Shown here: one piece after another, positions 62,765-64,000 of the stretch
Position numbering within the stretch: position 1 is the first letter of the stretch
Layout of the letters: every line of letters begins with the position of its first letter
Assembly (NCBI GenBank): GCA_044892525.1
Contig: CM097887.1
Span: 20,584,001 to 20,648,000 of the forward strand
Direction: 5' to 3'
Origin: Schmidtea polychroa
Taxonomy: Eukaryota
DNA length: 64,000 nucleotides
Made by a program: the position numbers and the translations under genes
The notes under the pieces: model-generated
The model's input: the letters and a program-made list of their open reading frames with translations, nothing else
Databases searched by the model: none
What the model was told of the DNA's origin: nothing

Positions 62765-64000
62765 TTAAGTTGCTATGAAGGTGTCGATGAGTACCGAAAA
62801 TGAATGCAATCGGTTTAATATTTTAAACGGAATAAAAACGGACCGAACGATTTTCCAAATATTATCACTTCCACGTTCCAATGAATCCATTGATTTGACA
62901 TAGTTGATCAGTTCAGCAACACCGAATCCGAAATTGATCAACCATAAAACCAAACATGGATTTAAGTATCGTTTCCAGAATACAGTCTTTCCAGTTCTTC
63001 GACTCTTCATGAAAAAATCGACCTTTCTATGAAGGATTTCCTTTATCAAAGCCCACTGTAATAACTGTTGGATAATAAGGAAAACACCTTCTACTATTGC
63101 CATAGTCACATAAGGTTCCTTCGAATACTCCATGATTATCATCGCTTCGAGAACTTGAAAAAAGGTTCCAAAATTTAAAATGAATCCATCAATCTTTGAT
63201 CTTTGCTGTTTCCCTACTTGGCAATAAAGGATTTCATGCAAATACCACAACGTAAAAGCGATGGAAATAACACAAATGGCAATTGTACTGTTGTAATAGG
63301 ATGGATAACAATCAATGAATGCGCCCGTGACATTCAGATAAATCTCGTAATGATTTCGACACGACGCCTCACTGAAGATTAATGTTATCACACAAGAAAT
63401 CCCTATTGCTATGGAAAGAAAATTATTTTTCAAAGGCAATGAAAGTTCATGTATATTTTCATTAATAAGAGGGACAGTTTCATCTTCCTCCACATGAATC
63501 TCTTCCTGGTAGACGTTGTTCAAACACGAAAGCGTATGCTGCATTTTAACTACTTGATCGACATCATCATGACAGAGAAAGAAAATGTAAATACTTGAAA
63601 CGAAAAGAAAGAAAATGGCAAACATTCGAAATTCGGTTTCGGATTTTTCTAGAGTCTCGCAGTATATTGAGTTTATTATATATCGCCACGAGGTAAACAA
63701 ACAACATAAATAAACACAAAATCCAGACAGAATAGACGAGATAATCGTCAGTTTTTCATTCGGATCAGGTCTCCATTTCAAGTAAAGAGGTAAATAAAAA
63801 AACATAATGAACATGAATATGATCAATAGGATCTCATTTAGAGGGTCTTTGTTTCCAATCTCTTGAATCGTGTAAAAAATACCCATTGAACCAAAGAGCA
63901 TATTTGATATTAGAAAAGGCAAATTGATGATTTGGAACCATTTTCCCTTGCCTCTTCGAAATATGCAGAGTGCAATATGGGAGAGCATTGTTAATATGGC
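62765..64000 (-). CDS. Multi-pass membrane protein, probable divergent otopetrin-family proton channel; 5' end outside the window
   Basis: Open frame of at least 407 aa with many hydrophobic segments. The C-terminus WKIVRSVFIPFKILNRLHS resembles the otopetrin W..I..I..P..IF(Y/F)RFHS signature; QQLLQWALI and LWLINF resemble the preceding otopetrin TMs. Confidence 0.55.
   Translation of the reverse strand, partial: AILTMLSHIALCIFRRGKGKWFQIINLPFLISNMLFGSMGIFYTIQEIGNKDPLNEILLIIFMFIMFFYLPLYLKWRPDPNEKLTIISSILSGFCVYLCCLFTSWRYIINSIYCETLEKSETEFRMFAIFFLFVSSIYIFFLCHDDVDQVVKMQHTLSCLNNVYQEEIHVEEDETVPLINENIHELSLPLKNNFLSIAIGISCVITLIFSEASCRNHYEIYLNVTGAFIDCYPSYYNSTIAICVISIAFTLWYLHEILYCQVGKQQRSKIDGFILNFGTFFQVLEAMIIMEYSKEPYVTMAIVEGVFLIIQQLLQWALIKEILHRKVDFFMKSRRTGKTVFWKRYLNPCLVLWLINFGFGVAELINYVKSMDSLERGSDNIWKIVRSVFIPFKILNRLHSFSVLIDTFIAT

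Overview
AT-rich eukaryotic (probably invertebrate) genomic DNA with short spliceosomal introns (47-80 bp) and eight N gaps (about 34.7, 35.0, 45.8, 46.9, 49.4, 50.9, 61.4 and 62.4 kb). Host genes: a 3-exon 14-3-3 gene (62-957), a 4-exon OTU1/YOD1 deubiquitinase (minus, 21937-24573), three perforin-2/MPEG1 paralogs (a head-to-head inverted pair at 45.1-51.5 kb and a third copy at 57.3-62.3 kb), the 3' part of a probable otopetrin-like channel (minus, runs off the window end), and possible exons of an unknown gene at 28.7-32.7 kb. The rest is rich in transposons: hAT/Buster elements and MITEs with clear TSDs, a near-intact Ac/hobo-type hAT, pogo-like and Mutator-like MITEs, a solo LTR, a 1.35 kb foldback palindrome, a 148 bp satellite and an 11 bp telomere-like minisatellite. 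The most striking object is a young, full-length Ty3/Gypsy retrotransposon (10905-18758; ATCGA TSD; tRNA-Leu PBS). Both of its LTRs carry a captured N-terminal fragment of the host ENGase (GH85) gene. In the 5' LTR this fragment opens a roughly 400 aa ORF that reads through the PBS. A 76 aa ubiquitin-like domain ending in Gly-Gly lies upstream of gag in the same frame, separated from it by one TAA. The perforin-2 cluster has a mosaic, gene-conversion-like identity pattern, and one copy lacks the P2 beta-hairpin tip. All family assignments come from motif recognition by eye; no database searches were run.
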